From: Lingula anatina
Taxonomy: Eukaryota; Animalia; Brachiopoda
Direction of reading: 5' to 3'
Length of the DNA: 64,000 bases
Assembly: GCA_051362555.1 (NCBI GenBank)
Contig: CM120649.1
Span: 19,544,567-19,608,566 of the forward strand
Under the pieces are notes generated by a model. The model saw nothing but the letters and a program-made list of their open reading frames with translations. It was not told where the DNA came from and did no database searches. A program made the position numbers and the translations under genes. Numbering within the stretch: position 1 is the stretch's first letter; every line of letters starts with the position of its first letter. Shown here piece after piece: positions 1 to 12,935 of this stretch.

Positions 1-1154
1 CCAAATAATAAGCAAAAGTGCAAAATCAATTTCAAAGATGCAATTAATAAATTGTTAAAAAGCAAACCACTACTGCCCCACGCAGCACACTGTTAACTCA
101 GTTGGCTACACTTTTTTTTTCAGCCAAATCAATGTGAGAATCATGACTTAATTTTCCCCATTTATATACTTATTCTTATTGAATGACAGCAAGCTATGTT
201 TGATATTTGCTATGCTAGTGTTAGCTTACAAACTACAAAGTACTGTAAGATTTAGCTGTCAAACCAAGATGCAAAAACCTTTTATGCAAAGCAGCAAACT
301 AAGAAGAAGCCTCACACTTCCAAAGTCCTGCAAATGAAAAAAATACCAGCAAGGTCAAAGGGCAGAGGCCAAAGGTTATGACCCATAATACAGAATCTAG
401 GTCAAAGTGAGGTCAAAGGTCATCTAGTGTGCTGCAAGCCACTCTGTACATACCAGGACAGGAGAAACTGACGCTCCCCCAGTTTCCATAGTAACTCTGG
501 TTGCGCCGCATGCGATGGTGAGAATTTTTATCTGCGACCACACTTTGGGATCGCATCATTTTTTCTGCACCTGGAAATTAGGGATGTTTTTTGGGGATAA
601 AAGCAAGCCACATTGATTTCATTTAGCCCGCCAACCATTAGTCCATAAATGTTTTTTTATTGGCAATTTGACTGAATTATTTTGAAAAATGTGTACCCAA
701 AATAGAATACCTAGAGAGAGGGGGCCTTTTTCTTTAACCTTTAAAAAAATCCACATGCTTTCAAAAAGTTTTAAAAGAAATTATCAAATTAAGCATTTCT
801 TTTTTGTCAGCACATAAATATTTCAGACTGGCAAGAGCTGTATAGATAATAAAGAGAACAATCTAGACATAAAGCAATTGAAAGCAACATAATGCAGTTT
901 CTCTGCGTTCAAACTATCAATCTTAAAAAAATAGCTCAAACTAAAACATGACAATAACTGACATTTGCATTTTAAAAAAGTGACATGCAAGCTCTTTTCA
1001 AGCTGATCCAGTACTAGTCAAGTACAAACCAGTACAAATCAAACAATTCACAATCAATACTCATCTCAACTAACACATTTGATACTCAGCACATCTACAG
1101 CATCCAAAATCTTACTCAGATAACCTTTTAAAATTGTTCCAACTCATGTTACCA

Positions 1155-1330
1155 ATGAGTTTTGTCCCCCTAGCCAAAGCCCATGAACAGGGACTCTCCT
1201 TGAAAGCAATCATATTAACAGACTAACACACCTCCTCTTGGCACTGAGTAAAATTCAGAAAAACTGGTGATTTTTGGAGTACATTGAAAACAGGTGTGTT
1301 AGTCTGTTAACCTGATTGCATTTAGCTAGA
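1155..1330. mobile_element. Hairpin repeat / MITE family 2 (related partial copy at ~18833-18995)
   Basis: 28-bp inverted arms at 1206-1233 and 1292-1319 (26/28 match). A similar sequence occurs in reverse at 18905-18995. Boundaries are approximate. Confidence 0.6.
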
Positions 1331-2889
1331 GTACCAGTGAAGATGGTGCCCATTGGCCAGGTTGTAAAAATTAATCCTGAACAGCCCCCTTAAACTTACA
1401 AAACGTCAGATGTATGGTTGCTCAATACCTATATATATTTAATGGATGAGGGGATTACTCTAATCCTACCAAGCAGTCACTGGTGAACAACAGGTTCTTC
1501 CTATGCTGACATTATTTCAATAAGGTCAAGATTAGTAAAAGCTTATAAGCATTTAGAAAATAAATGGAATGTAAATATCCATAAGACCTCCTATTTTCCT
1601 GTTTAAGTTCATCCTGTAGAGATCAAGTCATATTATTCACTCTAAATAAAAGAATGCCAAAATCTTGGTATAAATATTAAGGCCCACTTTTGATAATTCA
1701 TCCCTTTGTGAAAACTGACCCCAAACCTTATTATGTAGAGATGGGAAGCATGTACAACCTTGAAAGACCCAGTGAACTGTTCCAGCCTGGGGCAGGAAAT
1801 TACAGTGAAATTACACCCAATATATGGGAACAATTTTAAGCAAATTGGATTATATCTAACCTCCCCCGCCCCCCACAGTGATCAATCAGTTAATGAAAGT
1901 TGTATTATTACAAGAGTTCATGTATGCAGACCATCAGGTTTGGTTATTAAAAAAATCTGTTTTTGTGGAGAAAAAAAAAACAACAAAAAACAATCATTTA
2001 CATTCAACCCATGTAGCATCTGTTAGCTAAGTATGTCCATTAAAACTTGACCTTTGCAATGTCAGCTGACCACAGGTCATCACTTGACCACTGGCAAGCT
2101 AGAACCGTGGACTGGACGTGTTCACATGTAACATGGACGTGTTCACAGGCTGGGACAATGCCAATGTGCCTGGTTAAAAACATGACAAAATGAAAGTACA
2201 TGCATGCAAATAGTGAGTGCTGTCCAAATTACCCAGCATGTTCTGACCCTGGTTACCACTGACCATGGTGAGACCACAGGCAAGACACGACAGAGCTGAG
2301 CCTGCGCCAAAATATTTTCACCTCAGGCCTGTTCTGAATGGGAGTGGGAGGGAGAGAGAGAGAGATGACAGATCTGAGCCCACACCAGAATATTTGTTTC
2401 TTATTTAGAGAGGGGAGGGAGGAGATGACGGTTCTTAGCCCTCAGTAGAGAGGGTAGGGAATTCCTTTTGTGTTACGCGTGATTGACCTTATTTTTCGAG
2501 CATGATGCGTTACTGGTATTTGAGCCCAATATTCTGCGTGAAACGTGATTCAGGAACTTTTTTGTTCCGTGTTATTGGTATAAATTCATCAACGTGATTA
2601 GCGATTTACCCTTTTGAAATTGCTAACCAAAGGCCTGTATCTCAAAAATATAGTACAAGACAGAACATGTGTACTGGCAGACAGCCTTTCCTTTAAGATA
2701 AAGATAACTATTTAAACATGTATTTGTGAGTCCATCATTTGGAGTTCAGTGTCAGTGTGGAATACCTGTCAACATAATCTACTTTCTGCCAGTATATCAC
2801 TGTAAACAACTTCTTTCACAGGTGGTTGAAATTCTAAAGATGTATTCTCAAAAGTAGATCTTTTTAAAATTCTGAATACAGTAGCTATT

Positions 2890-3396
2890 AAGAGAGCGGC
2901 CAAGTGATATTCACAGCTATGTGCCAAACAATTTTTAAACTACTAACCCTTCAGGTAATCTGGGTGTAAGACCTGGCTAGTGTTCTATAAAATTTTAACT
3001 TTTTTACCAGCTCGGTGCCTTTTCAAGTGAACAACTGCCTCCGGGGGGGCAAGTGCTTAATAACAGTGAGGCCAGCCACCTGAGCAAATTTCTAGGTCAC
3101 TTATGAGTGTCACCTCTGAGCTACCAACTGATACGAGTTTAGGAGGGGAAATAAACCTGATGATATGCAGCACCCGTTAGCATGGAAGAGGCACCTACTA
3201 GTACATGTACAGTGCTCTTTGAATATCCAGGCACCAGCATAGGACACTGAGTCTTCTGACGTGTTATCAAAGAATCATTTCAAACTATTTTATTATACTT
3301 CTGACGCATGTGGCTATGCCTTGAAGATAACTAGTAGAATATCGGGAAATGGTTGACTTTTTTTAAAGTGAGTGCAATCAACCAATCAATCAATCT
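2890..3396 (+). mobile_element. Putative old tRNA-derived SINE with a Nin/Deu-type central domain
   Basis: Degenerate A/B-box-like motifs (GCGGCCAAGTG; CTGGGTGTAAGACC), a central segment ...ACTGATACGAGTTTAGGAGGGGAAATAAACCTGATGATATG... resembling Nin-domain SINEs from memory, and a (CAAT)n tail at 3376-3396. Confidence 0.4.
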
Positions 3397-4117
3397 ATCC
3401 ACAGAGACAGGATGGGTAAAGACAAAATAAAGCATAATATGGATGATAAGATGATCCCTTCCCCCTCCCCAACTCACATACTCTCACAGCCTTTCAGTAG
3501 TAAAAAAGTAAGAATCCAGCTAATTTATGCACCTTCCTTTTCAAATCTTCTTCAGATGGAGGAAAATCCAACTATGATTCTTTTAGGAGTTTTGTTGCAG
3601 AAATCTCTCTCTCTTTCTCTCTCTCTCTTCTCTCTCTCACACACACACACACTAAATGTCTACATCTCGCTGTTAGCCCTGGGAATGTAGTAATTTCCAT
3701 GATGATAACCATAAACAAAATTTATTTGCTGTTCAGGGTTCCATAAAACATCCTTACTCTACACTATATACAAGATACCGTGGTGAGCTAGCAAGTTTTC
3801 CACAAGTTTCCATTTAAATTATAACTATGTGAAATCTGCCCCTCGTCAGCATAAGGGCACCTCAGGTTTATACTGATTGACATGCAATTTCATCGTTACA
3901 ATGTCTTTCCGTAAAGACTCTCCGCATAAAACAGCATGGCTCATGAGAACCAGTTTACTTCTCCAAATGCCCGAATTACAATTGAAGGTCCAGAGAACTG
4001 AGATAAATTTTCTTTGTGAAGCAAACAAGTTAATCTCTATAGGTGCAAAAAATCAATAAATAAATGAAAAATAAGTAAGAAAAAACAAGTTTTTAAAACA
4101 AAAGCATATCAACTCAC

Positions 4118-4436
4118 CATGTCCAAAGATTTCGCCAACTGTCTCTTGGTACATCTGTCCCGGACTCTTATCAAGACCTTCGCACAGCGCCTGCCACAGT
4201 GAGGACCGAATAGCCTCGTTCGGTGACATGCGGCATGTCCGTAGGAAACTGCTGATCTTTTTGTTATCCCTGCCAGAATCACCTCCGAACAACTGATTGA
4301 ACTCCTGCTCTAGTGTCAGGAGTTTTTTCTTCGGGGAAGCAGTGGCTTGAGCCATGGCGGCTCCGTCAACAACGGCAGGAATGCTGTCATGGCTGACAAA
4401 CTCCGTGAATACGTCGCCATTCTGCTGTCCTTTCAT
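4118..4436 (-). CDS. TBC1D24: First coding exon of a TBC1D24/skywalker-like Rab GTPase-activating protein (no downstream exons found here; they probably lie left of the window)
   Basis: The ORF MKGQQNGDVFTEFVSHD...KKISSFLRTCRMSPNEAIRSSLWQALC...MYQETVGEIFG resembles the N-terminal TBC region of Drosophila skywalker (..[35 protein letters not shown], recalled from memory). It ends at a consensus donor CATG|GTGAGT (GT at 4117-4116), after which the ORF turns into intron-like sequence. Confidence 0.72.
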
Positions 4437-7400
4437 GGTACAGATGTGGTAAGTTTTTTATAACGATCACTCTTCACCCGTGTCCAACTCGCAAAATCAC
4501 TGTCCACGATTTTGAGATTGTAGTAATATCAGATGAGTTCAATGTTCTTGGAATGTTCAATCTGCGAACCACTTTGACCTGGGTTTCTACACCTACGTGC
4601 TGTAATACTCCTGTTAATGTCTTTGAAAAATTGGCACAAAGTAAATGTCACTGAGCTCTTGAGTGGTGACTTCAATATCACACTGCCAGATGCTACAACA
4701 AATGATCACTATGAGTGTAACAAATGACGTTTGCACAGCAAGGCTGCTTTTCTGAGTTTATTTTTTTTTTGCAGGTATTTGTCTTGAATTTCTTGGCACT
4801 AAAACAGTGTCGGTCTATCTAAGCCACAGTCAGAGCTGTGCTGAAATCATATTTACTGAGAAGATAATGCTTTTCTTTGAACAATATCTGTTACATAATT
4901 TATCAAGTAATGGATATGCTGTAATAAATTCCCCTGACGTCTCTCTCAAGCAAAAAACATATCGAATTCCTGAAGCAATGTTAGTGATGACTTTTTTGAT
5001 TAATCAGTGTTATTTCATGTGTGTTGACTCAAGAGATGTCCGATTAATAAATTGTTCCCTAGAGGTCACTGCACATCAATACAATCTGGTGACAAGTTGG
5101 CTTGTCCCTGTGTAAGATGAATCAAGGCAAGTCTGTGTTCCAAAAATACTCCACAGAGGTCACTGTTCATCAAGAAGTGACAGCCTTGAAATTTTGTTGT
5201 CTGTAAAGTGACTAAATACAGAGAGAGAGAGAGAGACAATTCTTTGCCAAAAATTATATCCTAGAGGTCACTGTGCTTCAAGACAACCTTAAGAAGATAA
5301 AAGAGATCTCCTTTAGTGCTAATAATCTCTCCTAGAGGTCACTGTAAACCAAGAGAAGCTATGTAACATCCAGCAAGCAAACAAGTCTCCTGATCAGCTT
5401 GCAGCCTCGGGGCATTTCTGAAAAACTGAACATCTGGGGTCAGCTTCTTGTGTTACTGAATATCATTCTTCCACAGTGTCTCATTGATCTCAACTTCATG
5501 GGAAATATCCTGGCAGAATAGGAGTAGAAAAGACGTGAAAGGCGCCACCTGCAGGAGGAGATTACATTGTCCAATGGTCCCTGAAAAAGAGAAATGGAAA
5601 TTGAGAGTTCTAAGCATTTTCTTAAATATTTCATTGATACTGAGATTTCTGTACAACTCTTCTTGTGCACAAGGCAATTTATTTATTTATTTTTTTTTTT
5701 GAATAATGGATGAGCCTTAAAATAATTGAAAAAATATCAAGAGAATTAGAAACAGAGAGAATGGATTGCCTCTCATTTAACTGCATAATCTTTCAAGATC
5801 CATCCCTTCTATTTCTAGTTTCCTGACCTTTTCTAACCGAGCCTTTTGTTCTGGAAAAAAGAAAAGCTACCTTCCGTCTCTGTCCCTTTCTGCAAAACCC
5901 CAACCCTACAATACAGAATGTGTGCACTGAAATCATTACAACAAGACCCTGGACAAGACAATATAACTATTACATTCCCGCATGCAGAACAATGATGCTG
6001 CAACTTCATGTGAGAGTTCATGTCAAGAATGAACAGACGAATAAAACACATGCACGCTAATGTGCATGCACACATATACAGTATTCTTTGACAGTGGATA
6101 CAGCACGGATCACACTGATGTTATTTTTAAGACTGGAACGTAAATACCATGGACAAGACTCTATCATGTTGTCACATGCTGGAGAACATGTGGCAACATC
6201 ATGGCGGCACTTGTATTCGAAGCACATGCTACATCCTGGTACCGATATACTGCACCTGCTTCTAAATTGAATTGTTATGCCAAGTGAAAGGTACAAAATG
6301 CAGGACGCCATTCAACCGCCTTCAGAAGACGCCAGACTGAGAGATAATTTATTTCACAGTGCAATAAAAAATTGTCGTAAGAACACATCTAATTTATTAC
6401 TAGTTTGAATTTAACCAAAATTTCACCAAGGCCAAACTTTTTCAGCTATAAGGTTACCCCATACACTGGGGTGAACTCTATGTAATGACAGCAAGCTGAC
6501 AGTTCATGATCTCCTAAGATAAAAGATTTAATGAGGTCAGACATGACAGGGGTGACGTTGATCTATGTCTGGGGGGGGGGGGGGGTAGCCAGGGGGTGAC
6601 ACAGGACTATCTAGAGCTGGTTACATGGGAGATCTATTATAAAGAGCACAAAACTTAGTTGAAACTTTTAGACCAAATATTTGGCAACCTAGTTTGCGAT
6701 AAATCCAAATTAGTCTACTTCAACAAGATAAGAGACATGACCAATATTTTCCTTGTGATAAAACAGGCCAAACATCCCACTGAGGTCACAGAAGATCGAG
6801 ATTTTAGATTTTAAAGTTTATACCTATTTTTGGGCTCGAGTTCTTATCTGGGTGAAGCGGGACACAGGGTCACCTCAGCTGTTCATCTGTCCCAGATATC
6901 TAGGTCAAGGTCACCTCAAAAAGCCACTTAATGCCTCTTAGCATGTTATCTGTGGTTAGGAAGATTTGGGTGACAGGGTTTCAGGGTGTGGGAATTCTTT
7001 AAACCTGGCCCAATGGGGCATCGCGTGGGTCAAGGACAGAAGAGACAGATGGCGCCAAGGCTTTCCCCAGAGAGTCCTCCAGCCGTCATTTGGACGGCCA
7101 AGGGACTTAAAAGATGGCCTATACTTTTAAAGACGACTGGACGGTTTATGAGATTTTTGGGAATGATGGTATAGTTTTAGTTGGACTCCCTGTTAATCAA
7201 TGGTCAAGTAACATATCAATATTTTAGACTCCCTGTATCCCAAATCCTGGGTAAAACCCCCAGATGGCACTGACATGTGACCACTGACAGAGGGACAATA
7301 TCCTTCAACTCTATGATTCATGACTGCTCAGATCTTAGTCCTGTGATGGTTCTGTTCGTGGGAAGGCACCTACAAGTCTCTCTCATCAACCTGAGTAAGA

Positions 7401-7867
7401 CAGCCAAAATGTCATAACAAGACAAACAAGATTATTATACTTGCACAAATCAAAGCACATATTTCACGCAACTGTAGTTACAGTTCTGCACCATCAACCA
7501 CCTGTGCCGTGGTCAATTATTCACGAAACTGGGACAGCTATTGATTTTTAATGCTTTTATCTCGTCTCCTCTATCTGTTTCCATATCCATAACTCAATTT
7601 CAATGGAAAAATCAAAGAAAAATAGATCTATTTAGAAATTGATAGGACACAATAGGTGTAATTTATACTAATTTTCTTTCTAACCAACCTACCGATATTC
7701 CCACAGAGACAGAGGAGTGAATTATGATAAAGTATGGTGGTCATATTTCTTGACGGAAAGACCCAAGCCCATATTTAACTATAATTTGGTACAAGGCTAC
7801 CCCTGTCTGCAACTATCAACAAAATGCCACAACTCCTCTTGACCTTTTTTTTTTCTTTTCTTTTTTT

Positions 7868-7898
<31 letters not shown>

Positions 7899-9044
7899 GG
7901 AGAGGGGGCGAGAGGGGAGAAAGAACACCCCTGATCTCAAAAGATTTTCACATATCTTACTATATATCACGTCATATCTACTAAGATCCAGATTCCTTTT
8001 CTTCTTACTGTATCTGCTTTTCTATTATCTTGTTACCCAAACGCTGAAATACCTTTTCCTGCATAACAATAGCTCTTTAATGGTAAAACTGAAGAATCAA
8101 ACAGAACAGCTGTCTCTCTGTTCTCTGGGTGGCTCGTAGTGTAATAAATCAACCCATTTTTTCTTTCTCATTTTTCCTAGACTTGTCTTATCTTAATCTG
8201 GTTGTGATCTTCCGTGACAACCACAATTATGGTCTTATCAGTTTGCTGTGTGCACATGACACCAGTAAAAAAAAAAACATAATGTCATGTAATGTCAACT
8301 GTTATTTTCATTTCTCAGCATATCTTGATGTATACTCAGGCAGGCGGGGGGTTTGGTTCAAAAGAACTGGCACTAAGACTGGAAATGGCCTGCTTTTGTC
8401 CAAATTTTAACAAGAGACCATTCAGAACAGACAATCAGAGGATTAGCAGTAGTCAGCCCTCCTTCTTTTATGTACAGTAGCCAGTAGGGTTTGCCATATT
8501 TGATCCGTGGACTAGTAGAACCTCGGATCTTCTATTCTGAATGGCCTGTAAGCCCTGTGTCATTTCTCATGTTGAGTCTACTTATGGGGTAAAGAGGTCT
8601 ATGAAAAAAAGCTCATAACTTTACAACCACCAGCATCCCATAATCCTGCTCAACTGCCAAGAAACCTTCCTTCTCAATGATGGATCATGTATAGCACTTA
8701 GACTAATAGCAAATCAAACTCTCGGTGTCAAGGAATAAAATATTAAGACCTTCTTTAGGAAATCTGTTGCTAAAATGAGAGGCAGCATTAAAAAATAATC
8801 AAGTAGCTGAATAAATCAAGTCAATCTCTCTTTTCTACTGATCCCTACTCTCTGCAATTTGGCTTTAACTTGAGCCATAAAAACCCATCTCCTGCAGCAT
8901 CATTCCTGTATGTATATCTAACTCTCTTCAATAATTGGCTCTAATTTGAAGTTTGAATCAAAAAACATCTGCCCATCATTCCTGCATGTAACTCTCTTCA
9001 ATCTGGCTTACATTTGAGGCTAAAACCAGTCTTCTGACACATTA

Positions 9045-9098
<54 letters not shown>

Positions 9099-11125
9099 AA
9101 GCCTGTTGTCTATCAAAATTCCTCTCATACAAAAGACAAAAACCGGTTAATTTCCTTTTCTCAGCAGTACTATTAGACATTACATCATGCTGGAAAAACT
9201 GGTTTAAAAAAAAATCATGGTGCTATATATTACATCCCAACTTATCAAGTCATTTCCTTTGAAATTTTATAGAGCTATATCCAAATATGATTCAATTTAG
9301 CTCTAACAACTGGAATTGGGTACTGTACCTGTTTCTAAACCCACCCCATACATGCACTTTGTGCCTGTCCATTCCACCCAACAAAAACCTTTTTTTTGTC
9401 CCACCTATCATAAATTGCTCAACTAAGCACACAGAGTGACTGCCAGAGTTAAAGTTGTGAATTAATGCAAAAACTCAGATCCCAACAAAAGTCATCAATG
9501 TCTAACTTGACAGTCATCAAGACTTTCATATTTTGTTCTCACATTACTGACAATACGTAGAAGGAACATATATTGTTCTATTGTAGTTTGGAGCGTCTGG
9601 AAATGTAAAACTTTTGTCCAATAAATTATTAAATATTGCTATAATTATTATAACAAAGGGATGGCACAGCAACATATTGCAATCAAGCACCATCTTTTTG
9701 ATGTTGACTGAACAGAACTCTTGCTGAAAACAGTTAAGACATGGTTTTATTTATCTCATCAGCTTCACTCTTCTGGAGCTGAACATAAAAGCAGCCTTCT
9801 CCACTCCAGTCCCCAAAGACCTCACTTTTCAGTAATCTGACACAAAAAGCTTTTAGTGCCCCAATCCATACTTCTGTGGATTACATGGGCAGATTTTAAC
9901 TGTTTCACACAAAATCCCACACAGATCTATAGCAAGTAAAGGCAAGTTTAGACTGGATTAACTGGCACACCTCTGACAATCTGACACAGATCTTAGGCAA
10001 GGCAAGTTTAGACTAGACGAACTGGTACACACTTTTTTGTAAATAGCTGTGCACGAAATGCATATATTTCTGTTGCCTAAAAAGGTATTGAGGTACAAGT
10101 AGTATCAAAGAATTGTCATCAGCTAAATTCTGGGCTCTCTTCCCAAAGAATTATGAGGAAATACTGACCATAGGCTTACAATGAGAGGGGAAAACTGACA
10201 TCACAAAAAAAAGTGCTTAAGGACTACACCTGAGTAAAGCTGAATAAAATATGTATAAAATGTATGTAAGGACCTTGAGGCGACAGCTAGATCTGGTCAT
10301 TGACTGCTCACCTGACTAAGGAGTGGTCAAAACTCCACATTAAAGATTTGGAAGGTCAGCTGGACATGGCTGTTTCACCCCTCCCCCAACCCTCCCCCCC
10401 CCCCCACCTCCTTTGGCCAATGACAAATATAACTGTGCTCAAAATGTATATTTATATAGTTCTGTTCCTTTACAAGATATTGAAAACTGGTCAGCACAAA
10501 AAAATAATGCAGAGACGAAACTTTTTGGCTTCCAAAATGTCAGAAATATGCCCACAGTTGGAAAAATGTCATTTCTGTTGTTTACAAGCAAAAACTCCAC
10601 CCAAAATATCAGAAATCTGCTAATAGTCACAAAAATCTCATCCTTGACAATGAGAATCTTTATATTACAAGACTTACGCAGTGTGTTGGAGACAACTCAG
10701 TTGTGGTACAACTACTACTAGGATCTAAGTGTTGTCACCAGGTATATTCTGAACTCTTTTCCCAGAGATTTAGGAGGAAATACTATCTAGGATGCCCATT
10801 GCTGATCACTTGCAGCATCAAATATCTCATTCTTTAAAAAATTACAATCCAGGTATTTTTTCCTCCATTTCCTTGTATCCTACAATTTTATTTCCTCCAC
10901 AGCACGTTAGACTACATTTCCATAATGACTTGGCTGCTTGAAACATCAGCACTACCTGGCTTATTCATACTTGGTTAACCACAATCTCAATCTTACTTTA
11001 TAATTTTTTTTTCAGGAATGTAAACTAGAATGATAAACATCAATGTTGTTAAAAAACAATCTCTAACTGAAATCCTAACTTAAATAGTTTCATTTTTTAT
11101 TTTTAAGACTGAAAACAGCCCCGAC

Positions 11126-11160
<35 letters not shown>

Positions 11161-11833
11161 CACACACACATTTTTTTGACCGCCTTTCACTTATGCTCGC
11201 CATGACATAAGAATTTCAACATTTCCTGACCTCAAGCTAAAAATACATTTTGCCGACTCGAACAACTCCCACACAGGGTTTAGTCAGGCTGTCAACACAG
11301 GAAATTTTATCCAAATTAATTTCATCACTGACTTGCAAGACCGTTTGGTTCAATAATAAAAATCTGAAGAAGAAAAAAAAAAGAAAAAGAAAATCTAAAA
11401 CTTAAGTAGACAGTCCAGAAGTTGCCTGGATGGAAAATAATATCCTAAAAGGCCAATCTGCTGTTTCATCATTCAACTCTCGTACCAGAAACTCCGATTT
11501 CATTAAAATCAATGCCGCAGTGGATGCTGCCTTGCCAGGTGCATTGATTTTTTCCCCTTATTTGTCTTCAAGAATGGAGATTGAAAAAGACTAACTGGAA
11601 GCAATAATATCAGCCGGATTACCATTCATCCTCGTCTGATTCCTAAAGCTGCATTTGCATAAAGAGGATTTTAAAAGCAGAAATGATTTTTATTCTTTGG
11701 CAAGACACCTTAATGGTAATGAGGATCTGCTATCCTCTAGATATTACTTGTACTTAGTGGAGTCCATAGCATGTAGCCAAACAATCAAGTAAGACCAATT
11801 GCAATCCTATTTGTAAACATCAAATGCGACAAT

Positions 11834-12044
11834 GGCTCTATTCCCATAGATTTAAGATCGATCTATCCCCGAGGGGAGTCTCACTAGATTACTTTCAGTT
11901 AATCCGACTTAAATGTCCGTCCCGCCTACTACAAGCTGTAAGGGGGTAATTAACTTTTGTGTCTGCCCGGCTGACAGCTAGCGTGAACCCCCAGGGAGTT
12001 AGGTCGATCCAAAGTAGGTCGATCTAAACTATGGAAATGGGGTG
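11834..12044 (-). mobile_element. MITE family 1 (PIF/Harbinger Tourist-like), copy A
   Basis: ~210 bp, reverse complement of the copies at 18615, 19154 and 26394, with imperfect TIRs (ATTCCCATAGATTT.AGATCGA). The TSD is degenerate in this copy. Confidence 0.8.
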
Positions 12045-12134
12045 TTATTTAGCATGTAGTTTCTGTAGCACCTAAAAAATTGCTCCATAGTAGTGTCCCA
12101 ATGGAGGAAAAATGGGACTAGAACATGAACATAT

Positions 12135-12281
12135 TGTTTATGAGTGCTATCAACTGAAGACTCCATGTGCTTGCCAAACTTACTTTATTCCCCGATATCA
12201 CTACGCAGAGTGATTAGGTTGTAGTGTGCGTTAGGGTTATAGGTATATGTATATACGCATAACAAAGTAGTTCTATTTACA
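12135..12281 (-). repeat. 3' LTR (147 bp) with AATAAA on the minus strand (12189-12184)
   Basis: Direct repeat of 16855-17001, preceded on the minus strand by the PPT. Confidence 0.95.
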
Positions 12282-12294
12282 TCTCCCCTTTTCT
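12282..12294 (-). other. Polypurine tract
   Basis: AGAAAAGGGGAGA abutting the 3' LTR. Confidence 0.9.
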
Positions 12295-12640
12295 AGAAAG
12301 CTATAACAATTAAATTACTGGACTGCTGTAACTGTAGCTCAGTATTGCTAGCTCTAGATAGTCCCTTGATTTTGGCACTGTAACTTTTTACTGATTGTAT
12401 TTCTAATGAATAACTTTGAGTGCTTTAAGTAAAGTCAATAATGAACAATCAACATTAACATCAAAGTCAAACAATCAACATTAACATCAAAGTCAACATT
12501 TTTTTTAAATGTTCAATGAAAGAAAAGTCTGTCCTCCTGAATGAATTTGATCTGACAGTAATTAACTGTGACAAATAAACAAACAGTCTCTGAATGATTG
12601 CAAACTTTGCAATGTTAACAGTCTCTTATATTCACAGTCT

Positions 12641-12779
12641 TTAGTGTATTCTCAACAGTCTCTGAAGTCACTTTCAACAGTCTCTAATTTTAGTGTATTC
12701 TCAACAGTCTCTGAATTAACTTTCAACAGTCTCTAATTTTAGTGTATTCTCAACAGTCTCTGTTTTCACTTTCAACAGT
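12641..12779. repeat. 49-bp tandem repeat (~2.8 copies) in the retroelement 3' untranslated region
   Basis: TTAGTGTATTCTCAACAGTCTCTG... recurs at 12641, 12690 and 12739. A separate 26-bp duplication lies at 12444-12495. Confidence 0.85.
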
Positions 12780-12935
12780 TTGTCAATTACAGTCTGTCTG
12801 ATCCTTTCCTTTCCCAGAAGGTAAAGTAAAAAGAATGTCACTGAAAATGTTGCATAACTTAGTGCTTTCCTGCACTGGCACTCTGAAATAACAATACATA
12901 ACAAACACAAATGAATGTCAGTCCTCATGTATGGT

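Noticed and set aside
12225-12245. TTAGGG-like telomeric motif in the LTR
   Set aside because: A single copy, expected by chance.
12716-12928. 70-aa ORF after pol as a candidate env
   Set aside because: Too short, runs into the tandem repeat and lacks env features.
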